A stretch of 32,866 bases of DNA from Candidatus Limnocylindrales bacterium. GTDB lineage: Bacteria; Chloroflexota; Limnocylindria; Limnocylindrales; CSP1-4. Every line of letters starts with the position of its first letter. Positions within the stretch are counted from its first letter, which is position 1. The position numbers and the translations under genes were made by a program. Location: positions 1 through 32,866 of the forward strand of contig JBDSJV010000035.1 in NCBI GenBank assembly GCA_039917225.1, read 5' to 3'. Shown in pieces: positions 15,712-23,710 of the stretch. Under the pieces are notes generated by a model. It did no database searches and had not been told where the DNA came from. It worked only from the letters and a program-made list of their open reading frames with translations.

Positions 15712-16185
15712 ATGAGACTCGACTACCAACACGAACTTCCCGAGGCATCACGAGCGATGAGCCAGCTGGAAGAAGTCATCGAATCGAGCACCCTCGAACC
15801 GCAGCTGTGTGAGCTGGTCAAGCTTCGTGCCTCGCAACTCAACGGTTGTGCCTACTGCGTAGACATGCACTCCAAGGATGCCGAGGCCATCGGCGAGGTG
15901 GCGCAGCGACTTCACCTCGTCGCCGTGTGGCGGGAGGCACCGGTGTTCAGCGCCAGGGAGCGGGCCGCCCTCGCCTGGACCGAGGCTCTGACGCTCCTGC
16001 CGCAGTCTGGGGCCCCCGACGAAGTCTACGAGGAGGTCGCTCGCCTGTTCGCTCCGGCTGAGCAGGTGGCATTGACACTGGCGATCGTCGCCATCAACGG
16101 CTGGAACCGCTTCGCGGTCGCTTTCCGCCAACCGGTCGGGAACTACGTCTCGCACCGTCATCCGGTGGATGCGTTGGGGGCCTGA
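15712..16185 (+). CDS. Carboxymuconolactone decarboxylase family / AhpD-like alkylhydroperoxidase
   Basis: 'LVKLRASQLNGCAYCVDMHSKDA' carries the AhpD-type C-x-x-C-x-x-x-H motif. 'ERAALAWTEALT' and 'AINGWNR' are typical of the family. ATG 15712 is in frame with the listed ORF 15283..16185, whose upstream part overlaps the FNR-like gene. Confidence 0.85.
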   Translation: MRLDYQHELPEASRAMSQLEEVIESSTLEPQLCELVKLRASQLNGCAYCVDMHSKDAEAIGEVAQRLHLVAVWREAPVFSARERAALAWTEALTLLPQSGAPDEVYEEVARLFAPAEQVALTLAIVAINGWNRFAVAFRQPVGNYVSHRHPVDALGA

Positions 16186-16514
16186 TGGCATCGGTCAGGC
16201 CGCCGGGATCCAGGGGCCGACTGGCGTCGAGTACATGCGGGTGCACTCGTGGAGCTAGTGCACCTGATCCTGCGCCGGGACTTTCTGGCCCTGCCGTCGA
16301 GCGAGGTCCGGGTCCTGCTCGATGGCGCGGACCACGGCCCCGGCAACCGGCGCAGGATCGTGGCGAGGTCGCGGGCGTGCCAGCTCTCGCGTGACCCCCC
16401 AGGATGCGCGGCCGTGGGTGCAGGCCGCAGCGTCCACTGCGCACGGCGACGAGCTGCGGAGCATCCGGTTCTGGGCGACCGGAACCGACCGGGACCGACC
16501 CGATGTCGGCACGG

Positions 16515-17213
16515 TCAGGCGGGATCGTCGCCCACGAAGCGGTAGCCCAACCCTCGCTCCGTCCGGATGTACCGGGGGTCCTCTGGGTTGTCACCGAGCT
16601 TCTCGCGAAGCCGGCGGATGTAGACCCTGATGTAGTCGACCTCGTCGACGTATTCACGGCCCCAGACCTTCGCCAGCAGGGTCCCGTGCTGGAGGATGTA
16701 GCCGGCGTTGCGGACCAGGTGGTAGAGCAGCTTGTACTCGGTTGGTGTCAGCTCAAGACGCTCGCCCCGTAGGCGGGCCTCCTGACGGGCGAAATCGACC
16801 TCGAGGTCGCCGGACCTGAAGGATGGGGCCCGGCTGGCTGGCGCCGGCATGTCGAGCCTGCGCAGAACGGCCTTGACTCGGGCCATGAGCTCAAGATGGT
16901 CGAACGGTTTGGTGACGTAGTCGTCTGCTCCGAGCTCCAGGCCTTTCACCTTGTCCATCGAATCGTCGTGGGCCGTAAGCATCACGACCGGCACGTCCGA
17001 GAATGCCCGGATCTGGCGGAGCACCTCGAAGCCGTCGATGTCGGGCAAGCCGATGTCGAGAAGGACGATGTCGGGACGCTTGTGTTCGATCGAGTCAAGT
17101 CCGGATTCGCCATTGACCGCGCCGATGACATCGATCTCACGCCATTGCAAAGTGAACCCGAGACGGACGGACTCGATGACATCCGGTTCGTCATCGACCA
17201 CCAGGACCCTCAT
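16515..17213 (-). CDS. OmpR/PhoB-family response regulator
   Basis: Receiver domain: 'MRVLVVDDEPD', 'PDIVLLDIGLPDIDGF', 'VVMLTAHD', 'GADDYVTKPF'. Winged-helix output: 'LTPTEYKLLYHLVRNAG', 'IRVYIRRLREKL', 'RGLGYRF'. Its start overlaps the kinase stop by 4 nt. Confidence 0.93.
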   Translation of the reverse strand: MRVLVVDDEPDVIESVRLGFTLQWREIDVIGAVNGESGLDSIEHKRPDIVLLDIGLPDIDGFEVLRQIRAFSDVPVVMLTAHDDSMDKVKGLELGADDYVTKPFDHLELMARVKAVLRRLDMPAPASRAPSFRSGDLEVDFARQEARLRGERLELTPTEYKLLYHLVRNAGYILQHGTLLAKVWGREYVDEVDYIRVYIRRLREKLGDNPEDPRYIRTERGLGYRFVGDDPA

Positions 17214-18241
17214 TCCTTAGGAGCCTCCTCGGGTCCGGCCGACGGAACGACGATGCTGAACGTACTGCCGCGACCGAGTCGGCTCCGTACGTCGATTCGG
17301 CCCTCATGCGCCTCAACGATCAGGAGGGAGATCGGAAGTCCCAAGCCGATCCCCGCGCTGGCCTCGGAATGGTCACGTTGCGCCACAAAGAAGCGTTCAA
17401 ACAGTCGGGCCTTGTCCGTCACCTTGATGCCGTGGCCCTTGTCACTGACGGTCCATGCGACGTCTGGCCCGACCCCTCGGACAGAGACCTTGATCGGAGC
17501 CCCTTGAGGTGAGTACTTCTCGGCATTGGAGAGGAGATTCACGAGAGCCTGTTCGAGCCGCCGATAGTCGCCGAAAACTGAGACCGGCCGGCTTGGTACC
17601 TCGAGCACGATGGTCTGTCCGCGTGATGCAGCGAGCAATGCAACGGATGAGATCGCCGACTCGGCGAGCTCAGTTGCATCGAACCTACGGAGCTGGAGTT
17701 GGACGCGACCGGCACGAAAGCGAGCAAGATCAAGAATGTCGCCAACCAGGCGCTGCATCCTGGTCGTATTGCGGTCGATTGTCTCCAGGAGTGTCTGGTG
17801 TTGGTCGGCGCTCGGCTCGATCGAGGGGTCGAGCAACAGGCCGATGCTCGTCCGCACCGCGGTCAGCGGTGTCCTCAGTTCGTGGGCGATCGTGGACAGG
17901 ATGTCGGTCCGCATGTGCTCGATCTCAGCGAGCATCTCGACATGCTTCGGCCGGCCGGCAATGGAGACCCCGAGTAGCCGCTCACCGAGCGGAGTCGGGA
18001 AGTAGTCACCGGAACGTTTCGCTCCTCGTACTACCCGCGCCAGACCGAGCCCGGAAAGCTCATCGAGCAGAGCCTCTGCGGCCCGTTCGTCGATTGCCGC
18101 ATCGGCCGCCGCGAATCGAATCGTCAGGTTCGAGGGTGTCACGTGGTCGTGAATGAGCGCCAGCGCAGCAACGGCGAGCGGTGAGGGTTGCGGGTTGGTG
18201 GCCATCGAGGAAACGAGCATACGCTCGCCCACGGCACCCAC
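17210..18241 (-). CDS. Sensor histidine kinase (HisKA + HATPase_c) with no predicted TM segment
   Basis: H-box 'LSTIAHELRTPLTAV', N-box 'LVNLLSNAEKYSP', G1 'VSDKGHGI', G2 'GIGLGLPIS'. The N-terminal ~110 aa are soluble with no hydrophobic helix. Possible starts: GTG 18241, ATG 18220 or ATG 18205. Confidence 0.9.
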   Translation of the reverse strand: MGAVGERMLVSSMATNPQPSPLAVAALALIHDHVTPSNLTIRFAAADAAIDERAAEALLDELSGLGLARVVRGAKRSGDYFPTPLGERLLGVSIAGRPKHVEMLAEIEHMRTDILSTIAHELRTPLTAVRTSIGLLLDPSIEPSADQHQTLLETIDRNTTRMQRLVGDILDLARFRAGRVQLQLRRFDATELAESAISSVALLAASRGQTIVLEVPSRPVSVFGDYRRLEQALVNLLSNAEKYSPQGAPIKVSVRGVGPDVAWTVSDKGHGIKVTDKARLFERFFVAQRDHSEASAGIGLGLPISLLIVEAHEGRIDVRSRLGRGSTFSIVVPSAGPEEAPKE

Positions 18242-18256
18242 TTCAGCCGGACCGGC

Positions 18257-18508
18257 TCAGCGTCTGCCAGCTCGCACGAGGTGGTGGCCAGTGACTACGA
18301 TCGGGATGGCGATGGGATCGGCGACATCGAGGCAGTGGTGCACGCGCGACTCATCGATGGGCGCCTGGTCGTACGAGCAGATACACGGACCGTTGGCGGC
18401 ACAGCCGGCGCAGCAGAACGGCAGCCCGACGTGGAACGTAGCTGAGCCGACGATCTCGAGCTCGCACGTGACGCAACTGAATGGTTTGATGGTGCTCAAG
18501 CGCCGCAT
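18257..18508 (-). CDS. Small Cys/His-rich putative metal-binding protein (TRASH/YHS-like or SmtA-type metallothionein-like zinc-ribbon)
   Basis: 83 aa with G/C-biased third codon positions. 'FSCVTCELEIVGSATFHVGLPFCCAGCAANGPCICS' gives C-x2-C-x16-C-C-x2-C-x5-C-x-C. This is close to the TRASH C-x2-C-x19-22-C-x3-C pattern and to the SmtA 'yyCSeaCAdGH' segment. It also has 'HHC' and 'GHH'. The gene ends 15 nt upstream of the kinase GTG. Confidence 0.5.
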   Translation of the reverse strand: MRRLSTIKPFSCVTCELEIVGSATFHVGLPFCCAGCAANGPCICSYDQAPIDESRVHHCLDVADPIAIPIVVTGHHLVRAGRR

Positions 18509-18785
18509 GTCATCCTCGCTGAATGGGGCGCGCTTCGGCTGTACGCCGTGAAGGGTGCGCCCCGGTGATGGCGGTAAGCCACCGCGCCTGAAGCTAGGGT
18601 CGCGGGTTGAAGACCCGTGGAAACCCGGGTGAATATGGCGTGAATGAGGTGGCCGGTCACGTTTTCATATGGCGTTCACGCTCATCCATTCGCTTGTTCG
18701 CTGAGAGCCTTCAATCTCCCGATGACGTGCCCGCTCGCCTTCGCACACCGTGTCGGTGCGCCTCGTCATAGACCGGAGACCACCG

Positions 18786-20063
18786 ATGCTGCAGACCCTT
18801 GAGATGCCCGCCCAGACGCGAGGCGCCAACCCGCTGGCGGCGGCTCTGGCCCAGTTTGATCAGACCGCCGACCACCTTCAGCTCGAACCCGGGATCCGCG
18901 CGATCCTCCGGGCGCCGAAGCGGGAGTGGACGGTCAATTTCCCGGTCATGCTCGACGACGGCACGGTGAAGGTCTTCACCGGGTATCGCGTGCAGCACAA
19001 CGTATCTCGCGGGCCGGCGAAGGGCGGCTTGCGCTATCACGAGACGGCGGACCTTGATGACGTCCGCGCCCTGGCGATGTGGATGACCTGGAAGTGCGCC
19101 CTCGTTGACGTTCCGTTCGGAGGCGCCAAGGGCGGAGTGACGCTGGATCCACGAATGTTCAGTACCAGGGAGCTCGAGGCCGTGACGCGGCGGTTCGCAA
19201 CAGAGCTTGAAGGGATCATTGGACCGGACTCGGACATCCCCGCGCCCGACGTCGGGACGAACGCACAGACGATGGCCTGGATCATGGATACGGTGTCGAT
19301 GCACCGAGGCTACTCGGTCCAGGGCGTCGTGACGGGCAAGCCTATCTCGATCGGCGGTTCGCACGGCAGGGCAGATGCGACGGGCCAGGGCGTCGTCTAC
19401 ACCATCGCCGATGCAGCGCGCCGGGGCGGCTTCACGATTGAAGGAGCACAGGTCGCCGTCCAGGGATTCGGCAACGTAGGTGAAGCGACGGCCCGGTTGA
19501 TGCACAAGGTGGGAGCACGCGTAGTTGCGATCACTGATGTCGGTGGCGGCGTGACGAACCCGGATGGCCTCGACGTGCCGCTGTTGACGCGGTACCTGCA
19601 GGAGCACGGCACGATTGCCGGCGCACCCGGCACAACGCCGATCTCGAACGACGAGCTCTTTGCGTTGGACGTTGACATCCTCGTCCTGGCTGCATTGGAA
19701 GGCCAGATCACGAAGGCGAATGCCAGCACGGTCCGTGCTCGGATCCTGGCCGAAGCGGCGAATGGCCCGACCACGCCTGATGCCGATCCGATCCTCCGCC
19801 AAAACGGAGTCGTCGTGATCCCCGACATCCTGTGCAACGCCGGAGGAGTGATCGTCAGCTACTTCGAGTGGGCCCAGAACCGGGCCGCGCTGGCATGGAC
19901 CCTTGACGAAGTCAACGAGCGTCTCCGACGCCAGATCCTCGTCGCTGCGGAGGCCGTCTGGCAACGAGCGGCGGCCGATAACGTCAGCCCACGGCTCGCG
20001 GCCAACGCGATTGCGGTCGAGCGGGTGGCCTTGGCGACCCAGCTGCGAGGCCTTTATCCCTGA
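18786..20063 (+). CDS. gdhA: Glutamate dehydrogenase (Glu/Leu/Phe/Val dehydrogenase family)
   Basis: 'KGGLRYHETADLDDVRALAMWMTWKCALVDVPFGGAKGGV' is the catalytic Lys region. 'DIPAPDVGT' is present. 'VAVQGFGNVGEATA' is the Rossmann GxGxxG. ATG 18786 is residue 13 of the listed ORF. Confidence 0.93.
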   Translation: MLQTLEMPAQTRGANPLAAALAQFDQTADHLQLEPGIRAILRAPKREWTVNFPVMLDDGTVKVFTGYRVQHNVSRGPAKGGLRYHETADLDDVRALAMWMTWKCALVDVPFGGAKGGVTLDPRMFSTRELEAVTRRFATELEGIIGPDSDIPAPDVGTNAQTMAWIMDTVSMHRGYSVQGVVTGKPISIGGSHGRADATGQGVVYTIADAARRGGFTIEGAQVAVQGFGNVGEATARLMHKVGARVVAITDVGGGVTNPDGLDVPLLTRYLQEHGTIAGAPGTTPISNDELFALDVDILVLAALEGQITKANASTVRARILAEAANGPTTPDADPILRQNGVVVIPDILCNAGGVIVSYFEWAQNRAALAWTLDEVNERLRRQILVAAEAVWQRAAADNVSPRLAANAIAVERVALATQLRGLYP

Positions 20064-20143
20064 TCGAACGGAGAGTGGTCTCTCGACTGGATCGGGCTCT
20101 GGTCGAGCAGGCCATCGGGTCGACTGAGTCGTCGATCCGCCGC

Positions 20144-21121
20144 TCACCCGAGAATCGAAGCAAATCCCAGCCCACCGCCAGCCTCAAGCCGTGCGAGCAG
20201 CAGATGGTAGTAAAGCATTCCCTGCTGGGGTCGCAGCGCGTCGATGACCTGGTCGACCTCCAGTCCGATCGGGCCGGCCACCAACGCGAGGTTCCGGGCG
20301 ACGCCCGTGTCGTTCATCGGAAAGACATCGAGCCGGCCGAGGCCGCGGAGCAGGATGACGGCCGCTGTCCACGGCCCGATGCCCTTGATGTCCTGGAGCA
20401 GGCCTGCGGCAGCCGGACTCGGGAGTGCCTCGAGCGTCGCCCGGTCGAGCCGGCCGGTCACGTGAGCCTCACCCGCACGCCGCAGCGTCGCGATCTTGCG
20501 ACCGCTGAGGCCGATCGCACGGAGGTCGTGATCCGCAGACGCCAGGAAGTGTTCGGGACCTGGGAACGGGTACAGCGAGACCCCATCGACGTCGACCGCT
20601 GGCTCAGCAGCCACGATCAGGCGCCGGACGATGGTGCTTGCTGCATGGAGACTCAGCTGCTGGAAGGTCACCACGTTCACAAATGCCTCCCAGAGCGATG
20701 CGTAACGAGGCGGTTTCACACCGCGCATGCGCAGCGCCAGTGGGCTTAACCAGGGGATGGTTGTGGCGGCCCGGCCGAATGAGCTGACGTCCCGATCCGT
20801 CCCAAGCATCGCCCGCACCAGGGCGAGGGCCGGTTCGTGGTCGTCCGGGTTGCCCTCGATCGTGGCGGCCAGGACCTCATCGCTGGCCTGAGCCACGCGG
20901 ACAATCACGGGTCCGTGCGCACCAATCAGCGCACGAACGTAGCGCCCGTCGGCCGTCAGCACGTCGACGATGTTGGTCGCCAGACGACGCAGGACGCTCA
21001 CGGTGAGATCGAGCCGATATGGAGCGATGACCGGAATTTCGTACTCTGATCGGATCGAGAGTGCTCGATCCCCGTGTACCAGGCGGCTGGCGGTCATCTG
21101 GTTGGTCAGTCGGTCTCTCAT
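20144..21121 (-). CDS. alkA: DNA-3-methyladenine glycosylase II-like HhH-GPD base-excision enzyme
   Basis: HhH 'LQDIKGIGPWTAAVILLRGLGRLDVFPMNDTGVARNL' with the catalytic Asp in 'MNDTG'. An AlkA-like N-terminal domain is present. An alternative start lies at the second Met (21097). Confidence 0.8.
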   Translation of the reverse strand: MRDRLTNQMTASRLVHGDRALSIRSEYEIPVIAPYRLDLTVSVLRRLATNIVDVLTADGRYVRALIGAHGPVIVRVAQASDEVLAATIEGNPDDHEPALALVRAMLGTDRDVSSFGRAATTIPWLSPLALRMRGVKPPRYASLWEAFVNVVTFQQLSLHAASTIVRRLIVAAEPAVDVDGVSLYPFPGPEHFLASADHDLRAIGLSGRKIATLRRAGEAHVTGRLDRATLEALPSPAAAGLLQDIKGIGPWTAAVILLRGLGRLDVFPMNDTGVARNLALVAGPIGLEVDQVIDALRPQQGMLYYHLLLARLEAGGGLGFASILG

Positions 21122-21279
21122 TCGACCTCGCCGTCTTCCCCTGGTTTGGCCGGCGGCCGACCGCGACCGCCTCCATGCGGTCCAAGGCGTCCGTCATGCT
21201 TCGCCCCGGCAGCGTACGCCCATCCGCCTCGCCGCACGCCGCCGTCGGTGGGTCGGTCCCGTACTGCCCGATCGGGGGC

Positions 21280-21308
21280 TTGACACATCTGAGGGATCAA
21301 CGCATATT
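21280..21308 (+). promoter_or_regulatory. Candidate sigma-70-type promoter of the ArsR/PI operon
   Basis: Consensus -35 TTGACA at 21280-21285, a 17-nt spacer, then CATATT at 21303-21308 (4/6 match to TATAAT). It sits about 25 nt upstream of the GTG at 21334, in the only AT-rich patch of the 212-nt intergenic region. Confidence 0.45.
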
Positions 21309-21329
21309 GATATAAACCGTCATTGATCC
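21294..21329. promoter_or_regulatory. Inverted repeat overlapping the -10 region; candidate ArsR-family operator
   Basis: GGATCAA (21294-21300) and TTGATCC (21323-21329) are perfect reverse complements. A nested ATCAA-N6-TTGAT lies at 21296-21311. The repeat overlaps the putative -10 and transcription start, directly upstream of the ArsR-family gene. Confidence 0.35.
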
Positions 21330-21333
21330 GACG

Positions 21334-21744
21334 GTGCCCAATCTCCCTTCAACGCCAGTTCCTCCATCTCCGGAGACTGCTCTGAGCCCCTCCCCAGCCC
21401 GGATCCGCTCCACGATTGCCGCGGTCGTCGACCAGCCCGATGACCTCCGCGCGGTTCGTCTGATTCACAAGACGCTCGCTGACGTGAACCGCCTGCGGAT
21501 CGTGCGGCGACTCGCCCAGGGCGAGGCCTCCGTGACGGACCTCATCGATCACGTCGGGCTGAGCCAGCCCCTGGTGTCTTGGCACCTCGGCAAGCTCCGG
21601 CTCGCAGGGCTGGTGGAGACACGCCGCGCCGGCCGCGAGACCGTGACGCGGCTCATTCCGGAAGCCTGGGATCGCTTTGCCATCTACGAGCGGCGGGTGC
21701 TGGGCCTGGCGCCCGCCGAGCGGCCACGGAGCGCGGTTTCGTGA
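21334..21744 (+). CDS. ArsR/SmtB-family transcriptional regulator
   Basis: '[57 protein letters not shown]' is a canonical ArsR wHTH. The start is GTG at 21334. Its stop overlaps the next gene's GTG (GTGA at 21741-21744). Confidence 0.85.
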   Translation: MPNLPSTPVPPSPETALSPSPARIRSTIAAVVDQPDDLRAVRLIHKTLADVNRLRIVRRLAQGEASVTDLIDHVGLSQPLVSWHLGKLRLAGLVETRRAGRETVTRLIPEAWDRFAIYERRVLGLAPAERPRSAVS

Positions 21745-22418
21745 GCGGCTCATTGGTCTCCGCCGGTATGCGAAGCCGGTTCCGGGCCATGGCCGGGCCG
21801 ATTGCCCGGGCCCTCGGACGACTGGGCCTGACGCCGAATCACCTCACCTTCATCGGCTTCGGTATCGCCGTGATCGCGGCAGTCGCGGCCGCACAGCAGG
21901 CCTGGCTCGCGGCTGGACTCCTCGTGATCTTCGGCGCGGTCTTCGACCTGTTCGACGGCGCACTTGCGCGGGCCACGAACCGGGTCAGCAGGCTCGGAGC
22001 GTTCTACGACTCCGTCTTCGACCGCTGGGGCGAGGGCGTGATCTACGTCGGCCTCGTCTGGGGGACGCTGGACTTCGGGCTCTGGCTGCCGGTCATGCTA
22101 TCGGCCACCGCCCTTGCCGCTGCCGTCATGGTCAGCTACACGCGGGCCAAGTCAGAGAGCCTCGGTTTCACGACCGGGGCCGGCATGGCTGCCGTGGGTC
22201 TCGCCCCGCGCGAGGTCCGGATCGCGATCCTCTCGATCGGCCTCATCGTGGCCGGTCTTCTTCCTGGCTTCCCGGAGGACATGGACCTCCCGGGCGCGAT
22301 GGGCTATCCGTTGTCCGGACTTGCGCTGAACGCGGCCCTCGGACTCATCACGATCCTCGCCACGATCACGACGATCCAGCGCATTCTTCACGTTCGCGCC
22401 CAGGCTCGGGAGGGCTGA
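21741..22418 (+). CDS. CDP-alcohol phosphatidyltransferase; by context a phosphatidylinositol-phosphate synthase (PgsA1-like)
   Basis: The exact signature D-x2-D-G-x2-A-R-x8-G-x3-D-x3-D is present in '[30 protein letters not shown]'. The protein is multi-TM and lies immediately upstream of ino1. Start is GTG 21741 or ATG 21768. Confidence 0.85.
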   Translation: MSGSLVSAGMRSRFRAMAGPIARALGRLGLTPNHLTFIGFGIAVIAAVAAAQQAWLAAGLLVIFGAVFDLFDGALARATNRVSRLGAFYDSVFDRWGEGVIYVGLVWGTLDFGLWLPVMLSATALAAAVMVSYTRAKSESLGFTTGAGMAAVGLAPREVRIAILSIGLIVAGLLPGFPEDMDLPGAMGYPLSGLALNAALGLITILATITTIQRILHVRAQAREG

Positions 22419-22483
22419 CGCGCGGCGCGATCACTCGAATCATCCCACCAACCATCCAGCCCATCAGGAGTCAGGAGCAAGCA

Positions 22484-23710
22484 GTGAGCAGCAAGAACGG
22501 CAAGAACGGCACGACCGCCGGAACCTGGGCCGGTTCCGGGCGCAAGGACGGCAAGATCCGGGTCGCCATCGTCGGCGTCGGGAACTGCGCCAGCAGCCTC
22601 GTCCAGGGCCGCTACTACTACGAGAACGCCAAGGTCGGTGATTTCGTCCCGGGCCTGATGCATGTCGAGCTCGGCGGCTACCACGTCCGGGACATCGAGT
22701 TCGTGGCCGCCTTCGACATCGACAAGAACAAGGTCGGCAAGGACATCTCCGAGGCCATCTACCAGAAGCCGAACAACACCATCGTCTTCCAGCAGGTCGC
22801 GAACATGGGCGTCAAGGTCGAGCGGGGGATGACCCACGACGGCCTCGGGAAGTACCTCAGCCAGATCATCGAGAAGGCCCCGGGCCCGACCGCCGACATC
22901 GTCGGGATCCTCAAGGAGCGCGAGGTCGATGTCATGGTCTCGTACCTCCCCGTCGGGAGCGAGGAGGCGACCAAGTGGTACGTCGAGCAGGCGCTCCGTG
23001 CCGGCGTCGCGTTCGTCAACGCCATCCCGGTCTTCATTGGCCGCGAGCCCTACTGGCAGCGCCGCTTCGCCGAGGCCGGGCTTCCCGTCATCGGTGACGA
23101 CATCAAGAGCCAGGTCGGCGCGACGATCAGTCACCGCGTCATGACCCGCCTATTCATGGATCGTGGCGTTCGCCTCGATCGAACCTACCAGCTGAACTTC
23201 GGCGGCAACACCGACTTCCTGAACATGCTCGAGCGGGAGCGCCTCGAGTCCAAGAAGATCAGCAAGACGAATGCCGTCACCTCCATGCTCGACTACGAGA
23301 TGGATCCCGATGACGTCCACGTCGGGCCGAGCGACCACGTGCCGTGGCTGCTCGATCGCAAGTGGTGCTACATCCGGATGGAGGGCACGACCTTCGGTGA
23401 TGTGCCGCTCAACGCCGAGCTCAAGCTCGAGGTCTGGGACAGCCCGAACAGCGCCGGTGTCATCACCGACGCCATCCGCTGCCTCAAGCTCGGCCTTGAC
23501 CGTGGCCTGAGTGGGACGCTGGTCGCCCCGTCGAGCTACTTCATGAAGAGCCCGCCGCATCAGATCCATGACGACATCGCCTTCAACCGGGTCGAGGCCT
23601 TCATCCTGGGTGAGGACAACGAGACGCTCGTCGGCACCGAGGTCCCGACGGTCCGCAAGCTGCGGAAGATGGCCGGGTCGAAGGCGAAGGTCGCCGCCGC
23701 CGCGAAGTGA
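22484..23710 (+). CDS. ino1: myo-inositol-1-phosphate synthase
   Basis: '[22 protein letters not shown]', '[13 protein letters not shown]', '[17 protein letters not shown]' and '[16 protein letters not shown]' resemble the actinobacterial/archaeal-type MIPS. GTG 22484 is preceded by tandem AGGAG motifs (22466-22470 and 22473-22477). The listed 269-codon upstream extension is out-of-frame overlap with the previous gene. Confidence 0.92.
   Translation: MSSKNGKNGTTAGTWAGSGRKDGKIRVAIVGVGNCASSLVQGRYYYENAKVGDFVPGLMHVELGGYHVRDIEFVAAFDIDKNKVGKDISEAIYQKPNNTIVFQQVANMGVKVERGMTHDGLGKYLSQIIEKAPGPTADIVGILKEREVDVMVSYLPVGSEEATKWYVEQALRAGVAFVNAIPVFIGREPYWQRRFAEAGLPVIGDDIKSQVGATISHRVMTRLFMDRGVRLDRTYQLNFGGNTDFLNMLERERLESKKISKTNAVTSMLDYEMDPDDVHVGPSDHVPWLLDRKWCYIRMEGTTFGDVPLNAELKLEVWDSPNSAGVITDAIRCLKLGLDRGLSGTLVAPSSYFMKSPPHQIHDDIAFNRVEAFILGEDNETLVGTEVPTVRKLRKMAGSKAKVAAAAK

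Noticed and set aside
18711-20147. 478-aa minus-strand ORF antisense to glutamate dehydrogenase
   Set aside because: gdh on the plus strand is unambiguous (GGAKGG region, GxGxxG). The antisense frame is Arg/Asp/Pro-rich.
21122-21279. Small minus-strand ORF starting at 21197 ('MTDALDRMEAVAVGRRP...') upstream of the alkA-like gene, considered as a longer or frameshifted alkA N-terminus
   Set aside because: It is in a different frame from alkA and has no recognisable similarity. The AlkA-like protein is already full length or longer than needed. It cannot be supported without a search.
21677-22483. 269-codon N-terminal extension of the ino1 ORF (listed 21677..23710), and similar extensions 25277..25735 and 25519..26541 of the PHP and PimA-like ORFs
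   Set aside because: The extensions overlap upstream genes in other frames and translate to Arg/Pro/Gly-rich sequence. Conserved N-termini begin at 22484, 25736 and 26542, each with an SD or a start/stop overlap.
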